Assembly (NCBI GenBank): GCA_010093605.1
Contig: MU004199.1
Coordinates: 992,001-1,056,000 of the forward strand
Length of the DNA stretch: 64,000 nucleotides
Reading direction: 5' to 3'
From: Lophium mytilinum
Lineage: Eukaryota
Translations under genes and position numbers: made by a program
Shown here: piece by piece, positions 10,894 to 25,150 of the stretch
Layout of the letters: each line of letters begins with the position of its first letter
Numbering within the stretch: the first letter of the stretch is position 1
Notes under the pieces: generated by a model
Told to the model about the DNA's origin: nothing
What the model saw: the letters and a program-made list of their open reading frames with translations, nothing else
Databases searched by the model: none

Positions 10894-12879
10894 CTATACA
10901 AGTGTGAAGGTCCTCAAGTTGACGCCCCGAGAAAGTAAAGCCTCTTTGCCGATCCTTGGATCACATTCAGTGCCCTCGTCACTGTCGTCATGCCAAAACC
11001 ATGGTAGGCCGAATTCATCGAGTTCTTTGCTCCATCCAGGCGGCAAAGCTGTGGAGCTCAACCTCGGATCCTCCGCTGTAATCGTGGCAGTTCTCCGATC
11101 AAGAAAAGTTGGAGATAGCAGCCCATCCTTATCCCGTTTCCAAATGAGTTCGACACCCTTGTCAAGAGCCCCTAGGAGCAGTTCACCATTCATGACACCG
11201 TGGACGTAGGCTTCTCCCACGACTTGGTATGTTTCATCGATGCTCGGTCTCAGCACTATAGGCGCTGAGCATCCGAGCAGCACAGCAATAATGTCGCCTT
11301 GCGCTGCGCATGACGGACCGAGTCCCAAAAGAAGATTGGGGTCTCCAACGGGGGCCTCGATTTCAATCAGAGCTCGGCCAGGAAGGCATAGCCGCATACA
11401 GTTAATTAAAGCTGATACCGATGGTTTCTGTGGCGAAGTCCCTACATGATTCTTTCCGACACCAAGGAGATCAGGTAGAGCTTCTACACTTTCTCCAAGT
11501 CGTGGCCGACCTTTCATAACAGGATGATAGCAATCGGCGAAGTCGCCTGCGCAAAGCGCACTACACAAAAGCTCAGACTGCTTTGGGTTCGTCCGCCAAA
11601 ACCCTGGAGGCGTAAGACCTTGCACAAGCCTCCTTAGATTGAGGCTAATATCGTGGTCATCCGAGTCAGCCTGAATATTGCTAATCGAGATTTGTTTGAC
11701 AGATGACAAGAATACGCCGGTCACCGTCATCATCTTTTGTCCTAAGGATACAACGTCTGCTTTCGTGTGTGAGGCCGCTAAACCCGCGCTTAACAAGAAA
11801 CTTCTTCTCGGCTTTGACCAGTCAGGAACCCACGACGGCAGTTCATACTCTCTCTTGTAAGCTTCGCAATCTCTGAGCAATATCAACCGTTCGGTTCTTC
11901 GAACCTCTTCGGCGAAGAAGTCCCGGTATGTCTCAGGAACTGTTTTAGTATAATCTGGCTGAAATTGGGAGTTTCCATCGAGGGATATGGACAGCAGGGC
12001 ATAAATGCGATCTCTAGGATCTGTGCATTTAGCTACTCTAGTATCCTGTACAGCATGTATGAAGTCTATCGTCCGACTGTCGCATAAATCGTCTATATGG
12101 GCCCTGCGAGAGTAGTATCCACGATCCTGGAGGTAGAGCGGATATGTTTTCGCGCTGAGACAGGCCAGAGATTTCTTGAGAGCTTCCCACGAAATCTGAT
12201 GATAGCCACAACTGAGGATTGCCTTTTGAGCGAGGCGAACCTCCTGCCAAATCCAAAGTCTTTCAAACCAGGAGCGAAACATCAAAGCACAAATCGACAC
12301 CCATTGTTGTTTTGAGAATGGCAGGGCTATCTGGGGATCTGCCCAGTGTTCCTCAGAGGGATGGTCCCGTGCACACTTCACGGTCTGCGTTTCGAACTCA
12401 ACTTCAATCTTGGAGCTAAGCATTTCAAGCGTCTGAAGCGCCAGAGAGCTATCATCTGCCTCAGGTCCCAACCAGACCAGTACTTGACGCGCACCGGAAT
12501 AGATTGCAGCCATATATTTCACTTGTGTGCTGCGCTCCACCAAGTCTTCCTGGTTGATGCATATTTGGTCGATCCAGAGAACTCGATTACAGTCCTCGTG
12601 TCGAAGGTAACGCAAAGCTTCAGCCAGATTCCGGGTGACTGATAAATGAGAGTCTTCTTCTCCCCATGTCTTAACTACGACATTCTCGGCAAGATCGGCG
12701 GAGCCCCAGACATATGAGAGAGCCTCGAACTGATGTGTAGCTTTGTCTTCTATCTTCGTAGTATGAAGGAGGATGCAGATTTCTGCAGGAAAAGATCCAC
12801 GGCAAAGCGTCAGCAATCGAATCGAAGTGTCGTTATCCGGCAAGCTAGAGTACTTGTATTTACGGAGGGTTTGAGCCAT
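10894..12879 (-). CDS. Stand-alone HET-domain protein (HET-6-like), intronless
   Basis: FEALSYVWG, LWIDQICINQED, ERSTQVKYMAAIY, WFERLWIWQEV, DPRDRIYAL, LPSWVPDWS, VVGEAYVHGVMNGE. Confidence 0.93.
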   Translation of the reverse strand: MAQTLRKYKYSSLPDNDTSIRLLTLCRGSFPAEICILLHTTKIEDKATHQFEALSYVWGSADLAENVVVKTWGEEDSHLSVTRNLAEALRYLRHEDCNRVLWIDQICINQEDLVERSTQVKYMAAIYSGARQVLVWLGPEADDSSLALQTLEMLSSKIEVEFETQTVKCARDHPSEEHWADPQIALPFSKQQWVSICALMFRSWFERLWIWQEVRLAQKAILSCGYHQISWEALKKSLACLSAKTYPLYLQDRGYYSRRAHIDDLCDSRTIDFIHAVQDTRVAKCTDPRDRIYALLSISLDGNSQFQPDYTKTVPETYRDFFAEEVRRTERLILLRDCEAYKREYELPSWVPDWSKPRRSFLLSAGLAASHTKADVVSLGQKMMTVTGVFLSSVKQISISNIQADSDDHDISLNLRRLVQGLTPPGFWRTNPKQSELLCSALCAGDFADCYHPVMKGRPRLGESVEALPDLLGVGKNHVGTSPQKPSVSALINCMRLCLPGRALIEIEAPVGDPNLLLGLGPSCAAQGDIIAVLLGCSAPIVLRPSIDETYQVVGEAYVHGVMNGELLLGALDKGVELIWKRDKDGLLSPTFLDRRTATITAEDPRLSSTALPPGWSKELDEFGLPWFWHDDSDEGTECDPRIGKEALLSRGVNLRTFTLV

Positions 12880-13660
12880 TTATTCGATAAGTTAGTAGGA
12901 TGCGATGGCCGAGACAGTGTTGATAGAGGGGGGGAAAAGGCCAGAGTCACCGGTGAGGTGGCGGGAAAAAACAAGTGGGAGCTGTCAACACCGGGATAGC
13001 CGTATTGGTCAGACTCCCAGCCCTGGCGCTACCTATACATATAGCCGCGGTACCGCCCATAGATAGTTCGCCATGCAATCAATCATTATCACTCACGTCG
13101 TACCTGTGTCACGCGACCATTTTCATGAAGAAGGATAGGGACGAGTACGGCGAGGGGCTAAGCAGGGATGGTCTGAGGAGAGGCTTCGTCTAACGATGGA
13201 TATCAGGAGCTGTATACCAAGACCACAGAGCCTTTGTAGAAGACTGGGACGTGTAGCTCGTGGAAAGGTATTTCGACCTTGCGGAGTTCTAATCGACGAT
13301 TTGCATGGCTTTCAAAAATCATGTGGCGCAGTCGTCAATCCCAGCCTCAAACCCAGCATTCGGCCCCCATTCATTTTCCCCATGGAGCCCACGACGCGAG
13401 TTTCCGGTCATCTTTTCAGTCGCGCTTGTGAACGCGTCCACGCTCCCAGCCTTCTTATCCACAAAGACTGCATAATAAACCCTGTAGAAGCAGCCCACGT
13501 GCGCGATTGATTGAGTGGGAGCTTCACCTTAAACATCACTGCGCCGAGTATATAGCCGTGCGCCAGCCCCATCTCAAATCCCACCCCATCCCATCCCAAT
13601 CCTTTTCAGTATCAACATCATCAAACAAGCCTCGATAATCGGGTCCTTCAGTCCTCTGCC

Positions 13661-14335
13661 ATGCTCAATAAGAACATGGCGACAGCACGCACATCCTCCT
13701 TTCCCAAAACCCCTGGCGAAATGTCAAAAACCCCCAGGAAGCGGACGGAGACGAAAGAGAAACTGGACGGCCAGCCGACCAACTCAGGGCCTAAGGAGGA
13801 TGACGACCGCCCCCCGAGCCCGCCCTCTATCATCTGGACCGCCGGCTTCATCGCACTCAGCTATAACGATAGCCCCCTGCCTACTATCTGCACTCTCGTC
13901 CTAGCTGTTAGCGCTTTCTTCAGCTGGGTGGTTCTGATAGCACCACACGTTGCCCCCGCCCCCTCCTTCAGGAAGAGAGTAATGTCTGCAAATATGAGAT
14001 TCGCGTTGCCGATGTGGCTGCTGTTAGCGTTTTGCGTTGTGTTGGGAGGGGATCGTTACTTTGCAACGCATACTGAAGAAGGGGGAGAGGAGGGGGAGCA
14101 GCGTCGGTGGGCGTGGTCTTGGGAGGGGCCGCGTTGGTGGGCTTGGTTTTGGGTGGCGGCGGAGCTGGTGGCGAATATAGTGTGGTGTGTTGAGATTTGG
14201 ACGTGGTCGTGGTTTGGGAAGGGGAAGGGGGAGACGAAAGAAGAGATGAAGGATAACCTTCCCACGCCCGAAAGCTATGGCGAGAAGATATCGAACACCT
14301 ATGAGCCGCCCGCTGGCCTGCGAATGAACACATAG
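13661..14335 (+). CDS. Hypothetical small membrane protein
   Basis: 224-aa ATG ORF with 3-4 hydrophobic, Trp-rich segments and a TATA-like tatatag about 110 bp upstream. No recognisable family. Confidence 0.45.
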   Translation: MLNKNMATARTSSFPKTPGEMSKTPRKRTETKEKLDGQPTNSGPKEDDDRPPSPPSIIWTAGFIALSYNDSPLPTICTLVLAVSAFFSWVVLIAPHVAPAPSFRKRVMSANMRFALPMWLLLAFCVVLGGDRYFATHTEEGGEEGEQRRWAWSWEGPRWWAWFWVAAELVANIVWCVEIWTWSWFGKGKGETKEEMKDNLPTPESYGEKISNTYEPPAGLRMNT

Positions 14336-16135
14336 AAAGACGCATACGGCGAGGACCGCCCTATAAGTACCTTTTCCATCATCGGAGCCTTTTAAACCTA
14401 TTACTTATCATACTTCGTATCATAGGGCTATGCAGATTGTGGATGGTGAAGCTAAGAAAAATAAACACGTTCAACGTTTCATTTGCTGGAGAAACGCGCG
14501 GGAGCGCACCTTATTAGCTATAATAGACTTCCGCTACGCGGTAGGTAACATTGGTATAAACAACCCTAAGCAGGGCTGAGCGTTTGCCACATATATAATT
14601 CAAAAATCCCCTCAGCTTCCTCAAGTCACAGCGGCACGAGATGTGCTCTAGTGAAGCCAACTAGCAATCGGCTATCTAACCGGAGCCTCCTTGCCTTGCC
14701 ACCACCGGGGTGAATGTAACTTTTTGCCTTTTTTCTGCTGGCTGGAGTCCGAATCTCGCATGTGCCGACCTGCCTTTCCCATTGTTTGGAATGTTTTACT
14801 TTTTTTAGTCGTCGGCTCTTTTGTAATTCTATACCGCCTAGTACAATTTCTTCTTTTTAATCTCTTGCTACGTCGCCGTGGTGAGCATTCCAGCTGATAC
14901 CGCGAGAGAGAGGATATCGGAAGTAGGGACGTTGTGATTGGTTCAAGATCTGTGGATAGAATGAGTGATGTGTTCAAGCATACATGTTCAGTCTGACCGC
15001 TATCCGAGAAGATTGCTTGGGCTGGAAGGAGACATGTGCCAGTGCGAGAGCTGTTGGGGTTATTCCTCATGCCAAAGTCTCGTTGAGATCGATCCTATGG
15101 GTGGACTGGTGGTGACGGCGCGGAGAACTTCGGGCTAGTATGGGAGATGTCTATCATCTGGCTCGCGGTACCTCTGTGCTGTTTAGTGGTTTAAAGCTTA
15201 GGGATGGTAGTTGGTTTAAAGTTGAACGTCCTAGTGACACGTGACCTTGAGACGTCAACCCATCGAAATTAGCTCGGTCATCATCCAGCTGGAAGCACTC
15301 TAGCTCCGAAGTTCAGATGGGATGACATCATCCCATATAAGCAGAGACAATGAAGCAATAAAGGTAGGGGAAAGGTACCTTGTAAAGTCGACAGATATCA
15401 AACTGAAGTGCGCACAACACCAATAAGAGCAGCGATCCCATAGTATGAGTACACACCGATGCATTTTTATACCTAACCATCGGCTAGCCACCATCTCTCG
15501 TCTAAACAACATCCATAACCCTCGCCGCATGAAAATGCCACCTTCCGCAAAAGGAAAAGAAAGCCCGCTGCATCAAGCCAAAACCCAAAGCCCAAAGCCG
15601 AAGAGCCAAAAGGAGCCAACGCAAAAAGAAGCCAAAGCCGCAGCAAAGTGGTAGAGTTCCGCCAAAAGGGGAGTGGTGCTCAGGGGTTTGCTGAGGTGTC
15701 CCATTTTCAATAATGCATACGCAAAAACAGCGCCTCCTGCCCCTCCCCGCCTGGTAGCCCCCAGATGCGTTCCTGATGTTGGTAGCGCCCCGATGATACG
15801 CCCTAGCGAGACGAGATGATTGACGAAAAGAAAGATGGAAGGGTGGGTGGTCATTGCTGGTCTAGTCGTTTGTAATGACGGAAACGAGATGGATTTGATA
15901 TGGATCTGAGACTTAAGCGGGACACATGAGGTATACTGCCACAATGCAGATGTGGCCATGGAAAAAGCGCGTAGAAACGAATTGGGGTCGCTTTGGCTTG
16001 TGGTATGGAATGGTATGCTCAATGGTTCGTGATCGTGACGTGGGTCGTGAAACATCCAAGGTCGTTTTGTAAATCCTGGCAACGGCGTACGGGCTGAACT
16101 GGATAAGACGCGGGGAAACGTCGAAGGAACTGCAA

Positions 16136-18103
16136 TTAAAGATCTTTCTGGAGGTCCTTGACGTGCTGCCACAGCTCCTGGGCCCGTTCAGTTCTCATCT
16201 GCAACCTCGATTAGCTTCTGTCCATATTGAATGCATGTTAAGCATACATACCTTAAGGGAAATCGTTTCAATCAGGTCAGATCCAACTAACTTGCCGAAG
16301 AAGAACACTTGCATCCCAGTCGGTTTATCGCCCGCTGTTGTGCCGAATTTGTCGACAGTCCTGAGAGGCCAGTTGAGTATGAGGCGCTTAGAACCTTCCG
16401 CACGCATGATCAGCCTGCCAATCTTCTTCGGGCGGCCGTCATCATCGTCATTGGGCGTCGCCTTTCGTTTTGGCACGTTGAGCTTGAGGTCTCCCACTCC
16501 GCGCTCCTTCCACCCACGCACTCCGGCTTCTTCATCTTTCGAGAAGCTGTAAACCTTGGCGCGATTAGAGAAGACAGTATCTTCATCTTCTTCGCCGGTG
16601 GAAACTGTACACTAGATGAGCATAGGTCAGGTAGGAGAGGCATATTGGGCAATTCACCTTCTTGAACATAGAATCGCTTGTCTCTACCACCTTCCTCCAA
16701 GTGATAGGTCTTTGACTCCGCGTCCTCTTGGTCGTCGTCATCTCCAGACAACGAATCTTCGTCGTCGTCTTCCTGAGCACCGAATGGTTTAGCCGGCTTG
16801 TCGCTAAGTCCTGTGATCTCCGACGTTCCTGGAGCAGCGAAGCTCGATCCGGCAGGTTTCGAAAAGCCTCCAAAGCCGCCTCCAAATCCGCCACCGAAAC
16901 CGCTCCGTAGCGCTCCGCCGAACGCAGAAGGTGCATCGCCACCAAACGCAGACTTCCCGGACGAAGCAAGGGCGGCAAAGCCGCTTTCAGACGAAGTGGG
17001 CGACTTTGTCGGGGCTCCAAAGCCGATGCTGGGTTTGCTAGTAGTTGCGGCCGCACCAAAAGGAGACGCCGACCCCGTGCTCTCAAGAGAGGCAAATGGA
17101 GAGCTTGCCGATGCGAACGATGCAAGACCAGACTTCTGAAATGCAGAAGTAGAGGATGGAGACTTAGAACCAGCAGCTGTGGTGTTCTCGTCGCTGGTCT
17201 TGGCACCGAAAGAGCCAAACCCGGACAAGGGCTTGCTGCCAATCGAAGCAAAGGGAGAGGCTGTGGAAACGTTCGCAAAACCAGATCCGGGGGGGATCTG
17301 CTATAGAGTTAGCAGAAGCACGTTTGGACTAAACGTAGTCGACGTACCTTGACCTGATTTGGCTTCTCATCTTCTGTGGACGACCTCGGGCTATTGCTGT
17401 CGCGATGACGCTTCGACTGACGCTCTTCAGGAACATCAGTCTTCGACTCTGCAGCTTGAACAATGCTAGCGGGTAGCTTCTCTGCTTCGGGCACGTCCTT
17501 ATCGGATTGCTGGTATTCTTCCCGACTGCGCTTGTTCTTGGGGCTGATCATGCCTTCGACCTTGCTTGCAGTATCCGACGGGGTGGTGGGGCGTGACTCC
17601 GTTGACTTCATGGGCTCGTCTCCATCCTGCTCGTTGATCCTAGACACGGAACTTTCTCCAGACGACTTCCTGTACTGCTCCAACTCGCCAGCCTTGATGT
17701 CTCGTGACTTCTTGCGGGTGTGCCGCTCTGGTTTCTCGGGGGTCCTGTCGGGCCCTTGATCTCCATCGATATCATCAAAACTTCTCTTGCGCCGTAATCT
17801 CCCTCTATCGCTGTCAGAGCCAGAATGAGCGTCGTCTCTTCCAATTTTCTTCTCGACGGCTGGTGGTGCGTCGTCCTCGGCGTCCCCCATAGCGACCCCA
17901 GGACTTCCTGCGTCTTCCGGCTGCCCATCAATCGTGGTAGCCTTCAGCTTCTCCCTCACTGGTTTCTCGCCGCCTTCGTTATCGCTGTTGGTGGCGGAGT
18001 TGGCGTTCAGAGACGCCGAGGAGGCGACCCGGGGGTGGACAGCCTGATCGTTCATCTTCGCGAATGGCTGCGGGGATTCGTGGCGCGGCGTCGAACGCGC
18101 CAT
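16136..18103 (-). CDS. RanBP1-domain / FG-repeat nuclear transport protein (Yrb2/Nup2-like), 4 exons
   Basis: Exons about 18103-17348, 17300-16658, 16604-16252 and 16198-16136 with canonical GT-AG sites. FG/FA repeats. RanBD motifs [44 protein letters not shown]. Confidence 0.88.
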
Positions 18104-19124
18104 CCAGGTTGTCGCCTATGAGCTGGATATAGATGGGCGCCGAAGCAAATCGACGAGCGGCAATATATCCAAGAGTGAAGAGCAGAACGGCGGCCCAGGA
18201 AACGAGCCGGGTATGGGTAGTGCTGTTGTGCGAGTGTTGGTGGTCGGCAGTCAAGTCGACGAGCCGCGAAAGGTTTCTGCAGGTCAGATACGTTAGCACC
18301 AGCAGATATTTCGAGATGATAAGACAGCATTGCGGGCATCGAGGTCCTTACTGGGAGCGCAGAGGAGGAAGTGGCCGTCACAGGACTGCGATAAGAGTTG
18401 CCCACCAGCGGCGGCGCACTCGAGGCTTGAAATTGACACGAAGGGCGCGGTCCGAGGCGGGGAATCGGTGAATGCAGGTCTGCTCGCTGGAGAAGGAAAT
18501 ATCGGCGTGCAGCAGTCGGAGAGGTGTTGTTGGCGGTCCAAGCGGGCGTCTTTGCTGGCTTTGTTGGCGTTGGCACGGGAAACCCTGCAGGCCTTGAGCC
18601 TCCGCGGTTCAATGCGGTCAACGGCAGCCTCGAAATCCAAGTGGTGGCACACAGACGCGATGGCGGGTGCCCGGAGCAGACGATTTGCGCATAGGGCGGT
18701 GCTGAGTGGTTCGTGGTGGGCCTGGGAAGATGAGGGGACGAGGCGATGATGGCGTGGTGGCCGTGCTATGGCTGGTGGGGGACTTTCCGCGCCGGCGAGC
18801 GACAGAATTGACGTATTCACCCGTCAGAGACTGGACGCTTATTGGCCTTCTCAAGTCAAAACGGGTGTGCTATAGTCTAGGTCTGGTGTTTTGAGCAGTG
18901 CCGACCACGTGTGGCTCCCTCTGTGGTTTCACCAGTTTCTGTCACCGCTAAAAGCGAAATTACCAATTGGTTCATCTGTTAATTGCGCCAAGCATTCAGC
19001 TGGATATTCTACAGCCTCCGCCAAAACGCCCTCCAAACGCCTGCTATGAATACGCGCTCATAAGCGATGGGTATCCCAGAGCCTGCGCTGATGAAGTCTA
19101 ATAGTACAGGTAGGAAAGATACGA

Positions 19125-20192
19125 CTAGCTTATGAAACATAAGCATCCCAGCGCGATGTAGAAAACAAACAGCGGGTATACAGCAATTCCAACACGGTTT
19201 CTGACCACCCCGGAACCGCCCAATATGCTTACACCCGCCCCCAGTGACCAAGCGACGAGGATCAAATAGATGGGTATTCTCGGAATGGGGTGCAGACCGA
19301 CGGCACTCAGCAGCGACGCGATGACGAGGGGGAACAGGGTATAGCCGATGATGGAGACAGACTGGAAGAAAGATCTGAAGGGTGATTAGTTTTGTGAGCG
19401 ATTGCATGGCAGAGCGTAGACGTACATGTTCCCTCCAAGAAGCTTGATCTGCATCGTCACCACAGCCTCTCCTATCCAGACAAGGGCAAAAACGCCGGAG
19501 AAGACCAGCGGCTTCTGCTTCTCTTTTGCTCCTCTTGACAAGAAGAAGCTGAGGAGCAGGCAAAATAGTAGTGGGCCCCTACCAACATAATCAGCAGTCT
19601 GTCCAACAGCGCGACGGTGTAAAACCTACCATAGGTCCCAGTCTCGCAGCCCGTCACTCATGCCCGACTGTAGAATGACATCGGCATCCGGCCATCGCCC
19701 TACCAGCCCCCTAATGCCGTCCACGCCGAATCCCTCAGCTTCGCCTCGCTCGGCCGCTGCGATCCCTCCACCTCTGTTCATCATACCACCAAGCAGATAT
19801 TTCGGGTAGAGCACCTGCTTCATCTTCTCCCAGATGGCGAACAGGTCTCGCGACAGCGTCTCCCATACTGTCTCGTCCAAGGTGTTTGTGGGCGCACGAC
19901 GGTCCTCGCCGCCGATGGAGGAAGTCAGGTAGGATTGCGCATTGGCATTGCCGCGCGACTGGATGTTGCCGGTAAGAGGAGCACGGTCGGATGTAGATTG
20001 CAGCGGGTCATCGAGGTCATCTAGTGTAGCTGTTGGAAATAAAAGCGTTAGTCTGGCATCAACCAAGCTATTGTCGCTAGGCAGCTCCTTACCATCATCG
20101 GGGTCGATGAGATCTCGCTCCACGGCATCGGTGTCATATGAGTCGTATGGATTTTGCGAAGAAGTCGACGAGCTAGGCATCATGGCCGCCAT
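19125..20192 (-). CDS. YIP4: Yip1-domain Golgi/ER membrane protein (YIP4/YIPF6-like), spliced
   Basis: NTLDETVWETLSRDL, DWDLWGPLLFCLLLS, IKLLGGNISFFQSVSIIGYTLFPL, AVYPLFVFY. Confidence 0.85.
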
Positions 20193-20515
20193 GGCTGCGG
20201 AAGAGTGGCGAGGGTGGTGGAGACGTCGTGATATCAGGCGTTTGATGGAGCTCTGTTCTGCAACGTGGAGACCGGGGCGATAGAGTAGCAGCACGTGATC
20301 AGCGGATACGATGCTCCAAGTAGCAGTGGGAGCGCCAGTTCCAACCTCACGCCCTCGAGAAAGCTTGTCACTTTAGCGGCCGAGTGTTTGCGCCTCCGTC
20401 ACTCCACGGCCCGTCTGCGCCGCCGTCGTTTCTGCAATCTTTCCAATTCCTGTCCTATAAATTTCCGACTGCTTCCTATTCGCGAGACTCCTACGTTCAC
20501 TTCGACCATCTAACT

Positions 20516-21877
<1,362 letters not shown>

Positions 21878-22081
21878 CATAGCATAGAATAGATTCACTT
21901 CAATATCCAATTAATAGAGGATCCCCTTTTGCATGATATACAATTCAACCAGTACATGTGCCTATGTGCCACCCTCCCACCAAAATACATCTCTATGGTA
22001 CAGAACCCCTCCGACATAAACACAACCTCTTGCCCCTGCCCAGACACAACAACTTCTCTAACCATCCTCCCTCCCCACCGC

Positions 22082-22604
22082 TTAAGCCTTCACATAAAAC
22101 CCCCACTGCACCCACATCCACACCAAACTCGTACTACTAACCACCACCGGACTCCCCAACCCGGGCCCCCATCTCGCCGAGCCATACACCCACCACTCGA
22201 GCATAAAATGCCCCCACGCAATCGCATACGTCGCGAACGCGAGCTCGTACACCCTGGGATCGCTCGTATAATACGCCGCATATAATCTAATCACGCTGCT
22301 CAGGAACGTCCAGGTGCCGAACGTGCGGGAGGAGAGCGGCGTGACGGGGGATGTTGAAGTTTTGGGGTTTTTGGAGGCGGAGCGGGTTTTGGGGGTTGGT
22401 GGGGTAGAGGCGGTGGGGGAGCCGTTGTAGACGCGTGCGGTGAAGGTGGTGGTGAGGTAGCATTGGATGCTGTTGGCGACGGAGACGGCGGAGACCTGGG
22501 GTTGTTAGATGGGGGTTTTAGGGAGGGAGGGGGAGGCGGACTAGGAGGAGCCATTTTGGGAGGAGGCCTGGGTGGGATGGGAGGTAGGCGGAAAGGGCGT
22601 CCAT
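22082..22604 (-). CDS. ERG28: Ergosterol biosynthesis scaffold Erg28, 1 intron
   Basis: GLLPKWLLL / VSAVSVANSIQCY, VTPLSSRTFGTWT, IRLYAAY, AWGHFMLEWWVY. Confidence 0.9.
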
Positions 22605-22951
22605 TGTGGCGTTAGGCGGTTTTTTGAGGGGAGGTGGGTGCGATTGGGAGTTTAAGAGTGATTGGGATGGTGGTGATGTTGATGGACCCTGAGTGGAGTG
22701 AGGAAGCCGAGCCGGGATTCGGGATGGCGAGGGCAGTTTTTGCCGAGGGGTTTGATAGGGGGCCGTCTGGAGTATAGAGTCTCCCCTCACTTCTACAATC
22801 ATAGGTATATAAAGCCATAAGTTACACATCATCTTCGTAAACACATGCAAGTTGCTGTGTGAGATCTTTTTACCGAAGTCTAACTAAATGAACATTGCCC
22901 CGCAAATCATGTGTTTGTCAATAACAATATGCTATACTCCATATGACACAA

Positions 22952-23820
22952 GGCGCAATGCTCGGACTTTCTGTTGAACACACTGTGTACCTTTGAGGGA
23001 CAGTCTGACACCGTTTGAGGTGGCCCACAAAGCTTTGAGTCTTGTTAAATCTGTCCTTTTCCGATCTCTTCTAACCTACTACAGCACCCCAGGCGGTGCT
23101 AGGCTAGTGCACGAAAAGCCTTCAAGGGCATGTGTTGCTCAAGTATTTCGCTACAGCTCTCATCACTCGACGCACCAAGCTTGGGAGAATCTGAGATCGA
23201 TTCTTTTTTTACTAATTGAAACTTCCGGGCTGGAATAAAATTGGATCTCTGTGTGGCGTCGACGGCTGGAAGAAACGTTGGCATCGTGTCTGCCAACACT
23301 TATCATCTCTGCCAGAGACTTGTCCAAGGCTGAAAAAGGGGATAAGGCGAAGAGACGGCTAAGAAACCTTTGCAGAGGAAATGGCCTGAAGGCAGAACTC
23401 TTCAACGGTGCTGGCTGCAAGGATTTCGGAACCGAGATCACTTCAGACCCAAAGGCTTCCGCAAGATATTTGCCCGTGAAAGCGGTTGGCGACCGTATGC
23501 AGATGGGATGTTCCATCGCGCCCGATGAGCCGCTGGGGGCTGGAACTGGTGGCGGCGTCGTTGTCTTGAGCGACGACCAGGGCAAAGACATAACACCAAG
23601 ATAGCCCTTAGCCCGTTGTGGCGCAACCCTCGGACTTTCTATTGAACAAACTGTGTGGGAGGAGGGTCTGACACCGTTTGAGATGGCTCACATAGCTTTT
23701 GATCTTGTTATAATTGTCCTTTTCCAATCTCTTATACGGTACTGCAGGACCCCAGGCGGTGCTAGGCTAGTGTACGAAAGGCCTAGAGGGTATCGCTACA
23801 GCTCTTATCACCCGAAGCTT
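22952..23820 (+). repeat. Degenerate direct repeat pair of about 200 bp (22952-23172 and 23620-23818), probable pseudogenic duplication
   Basis: Shared ctcggactttctRttgaaca, gtctgacaccgtttgag, accccaggcggtgctaggctagtg and tcgctacagctct. Translations LTPFEVAH...TPGGARLVHEKP and LTPFEMAH...TPGGARLVYERP, with frameshift and stops. Confidence 0.8.
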
Positions 23821-24129
23821 CCTATTAGTTGTATTCTTATTGATATCGTAGGGCCAAATGCGACGGGCCACGGGATGCAGACGTCGGAGTGTCCGACCAG
23901 GTGCAATTTCTTCACCATAATTTTTACATCTTTCTTTCGACGTGTAACGGGATTGAAACGTTTGAATGTGAAATACGCCAACAACGAGGGTGGCCTGTGG
24001 GCGAATGTTTAATTCTAGACTACTCGGGATCTTGTGGAGATCACTTACTGGTGGGTTAACTAACATCTTCATGTTCCCATACGTGTCCGGCGTCGGTGGG
24101 GATGGGGTATAAGACCCATGGTTCACCTT

Positions 24130-24570
24130 AAGACTAGGTCACTTAAGCACTACATTTCCAAAGTTCATCTAATTCGCTCTTATTAAACTCCCACGCATAT
24201 ATTCTCTAAATTTACGATCCCTCTCTTGTCACAGCTCTTTCACCTCTAAGTCATAACTCTCAACATACTACATGCAACTGCCGGCTGCCGGCTACCTCTC
24301 TAGACTGCACCAAGAATCCTAGTTTTAGGGAACTATTAGGACAGCCGCTAGCTAAGATCTCTAAATAGAGGAGGTCATTGCGCTCTTTAGATAATACAAT
24401 TCTAGTATCTATAGATAATTAAGTGCCATTTAGGGTGGGTTAGCTAAGACTGGAAGACCTACAACTAATAACTAAGTTCGCCCTTAGGGAGTTCCGCAAA
24501 GTATCCACTTAATTAAGGGCGCCGATGGTCGGGCTTCTAGAGTTAGCAACATTCTTTAGCAATATAGGGT
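24130..24570. repeat. Possible RIP-mutated repeat relic
   Basis: Local excess of TpA (many TAG/TAA), no ORF of 60 aa or more in any frame. Family not recognisable. Confidence 0.35.
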
Positions 24571-25150
24571 GCTGATTAACACCGTCCATGTTGTACACAG
24601 AGTCAACTCGACGAAAGAAGACTCGTCCAACCTCACCTTGACTATTGATACCCCAAGTCAAGGCGGACTGAATTGGTCAGTGGCGGTGATGTGATTGTCC
24701 AGATCCGCGAAAGACTGTTTCATGCGCTTCATCGTCTACCCATGTTTCCAGTGTACGGCTCTTAGAGCTGACTCTGAAAACAACCATGTCTTGCTTAAAA
24801 GACCGTCTGCTAGCACATTGATTAGCTTTTGTGAAATGTGTATTGCTCACTCGTATCTGACTTGTCAAAGCTTGCAATGAACGCAAATGTTCAGGAAGTG
24901 ATAGTTGTCGAACCTTGGAATATTCTAGAGAATGATAACAGAGGAAAGACAGGAGGACACATGTACTCTACAGACCCTGCACTTCCCTTGACGTACACAG
25001 TTACCAGCGAATTGACTTCCCCTCTTTTTTGTTGCAGATACGAAGTGTGTTTTCCTGCTCTGGCATTGAGGAGGTCCGAGCTTCCTAGAAAGTCAGCAAG
25101 CAACACGATCGCCCACCGTCGCCGACGTCCCAACAAGCCCACAACACGCC

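Noticed and set aside
14672..16130. Short ORFs between the membrane protein and the RanBP1-domain gene
   Set aside because: No recognisable motifs or convincing splice structure.
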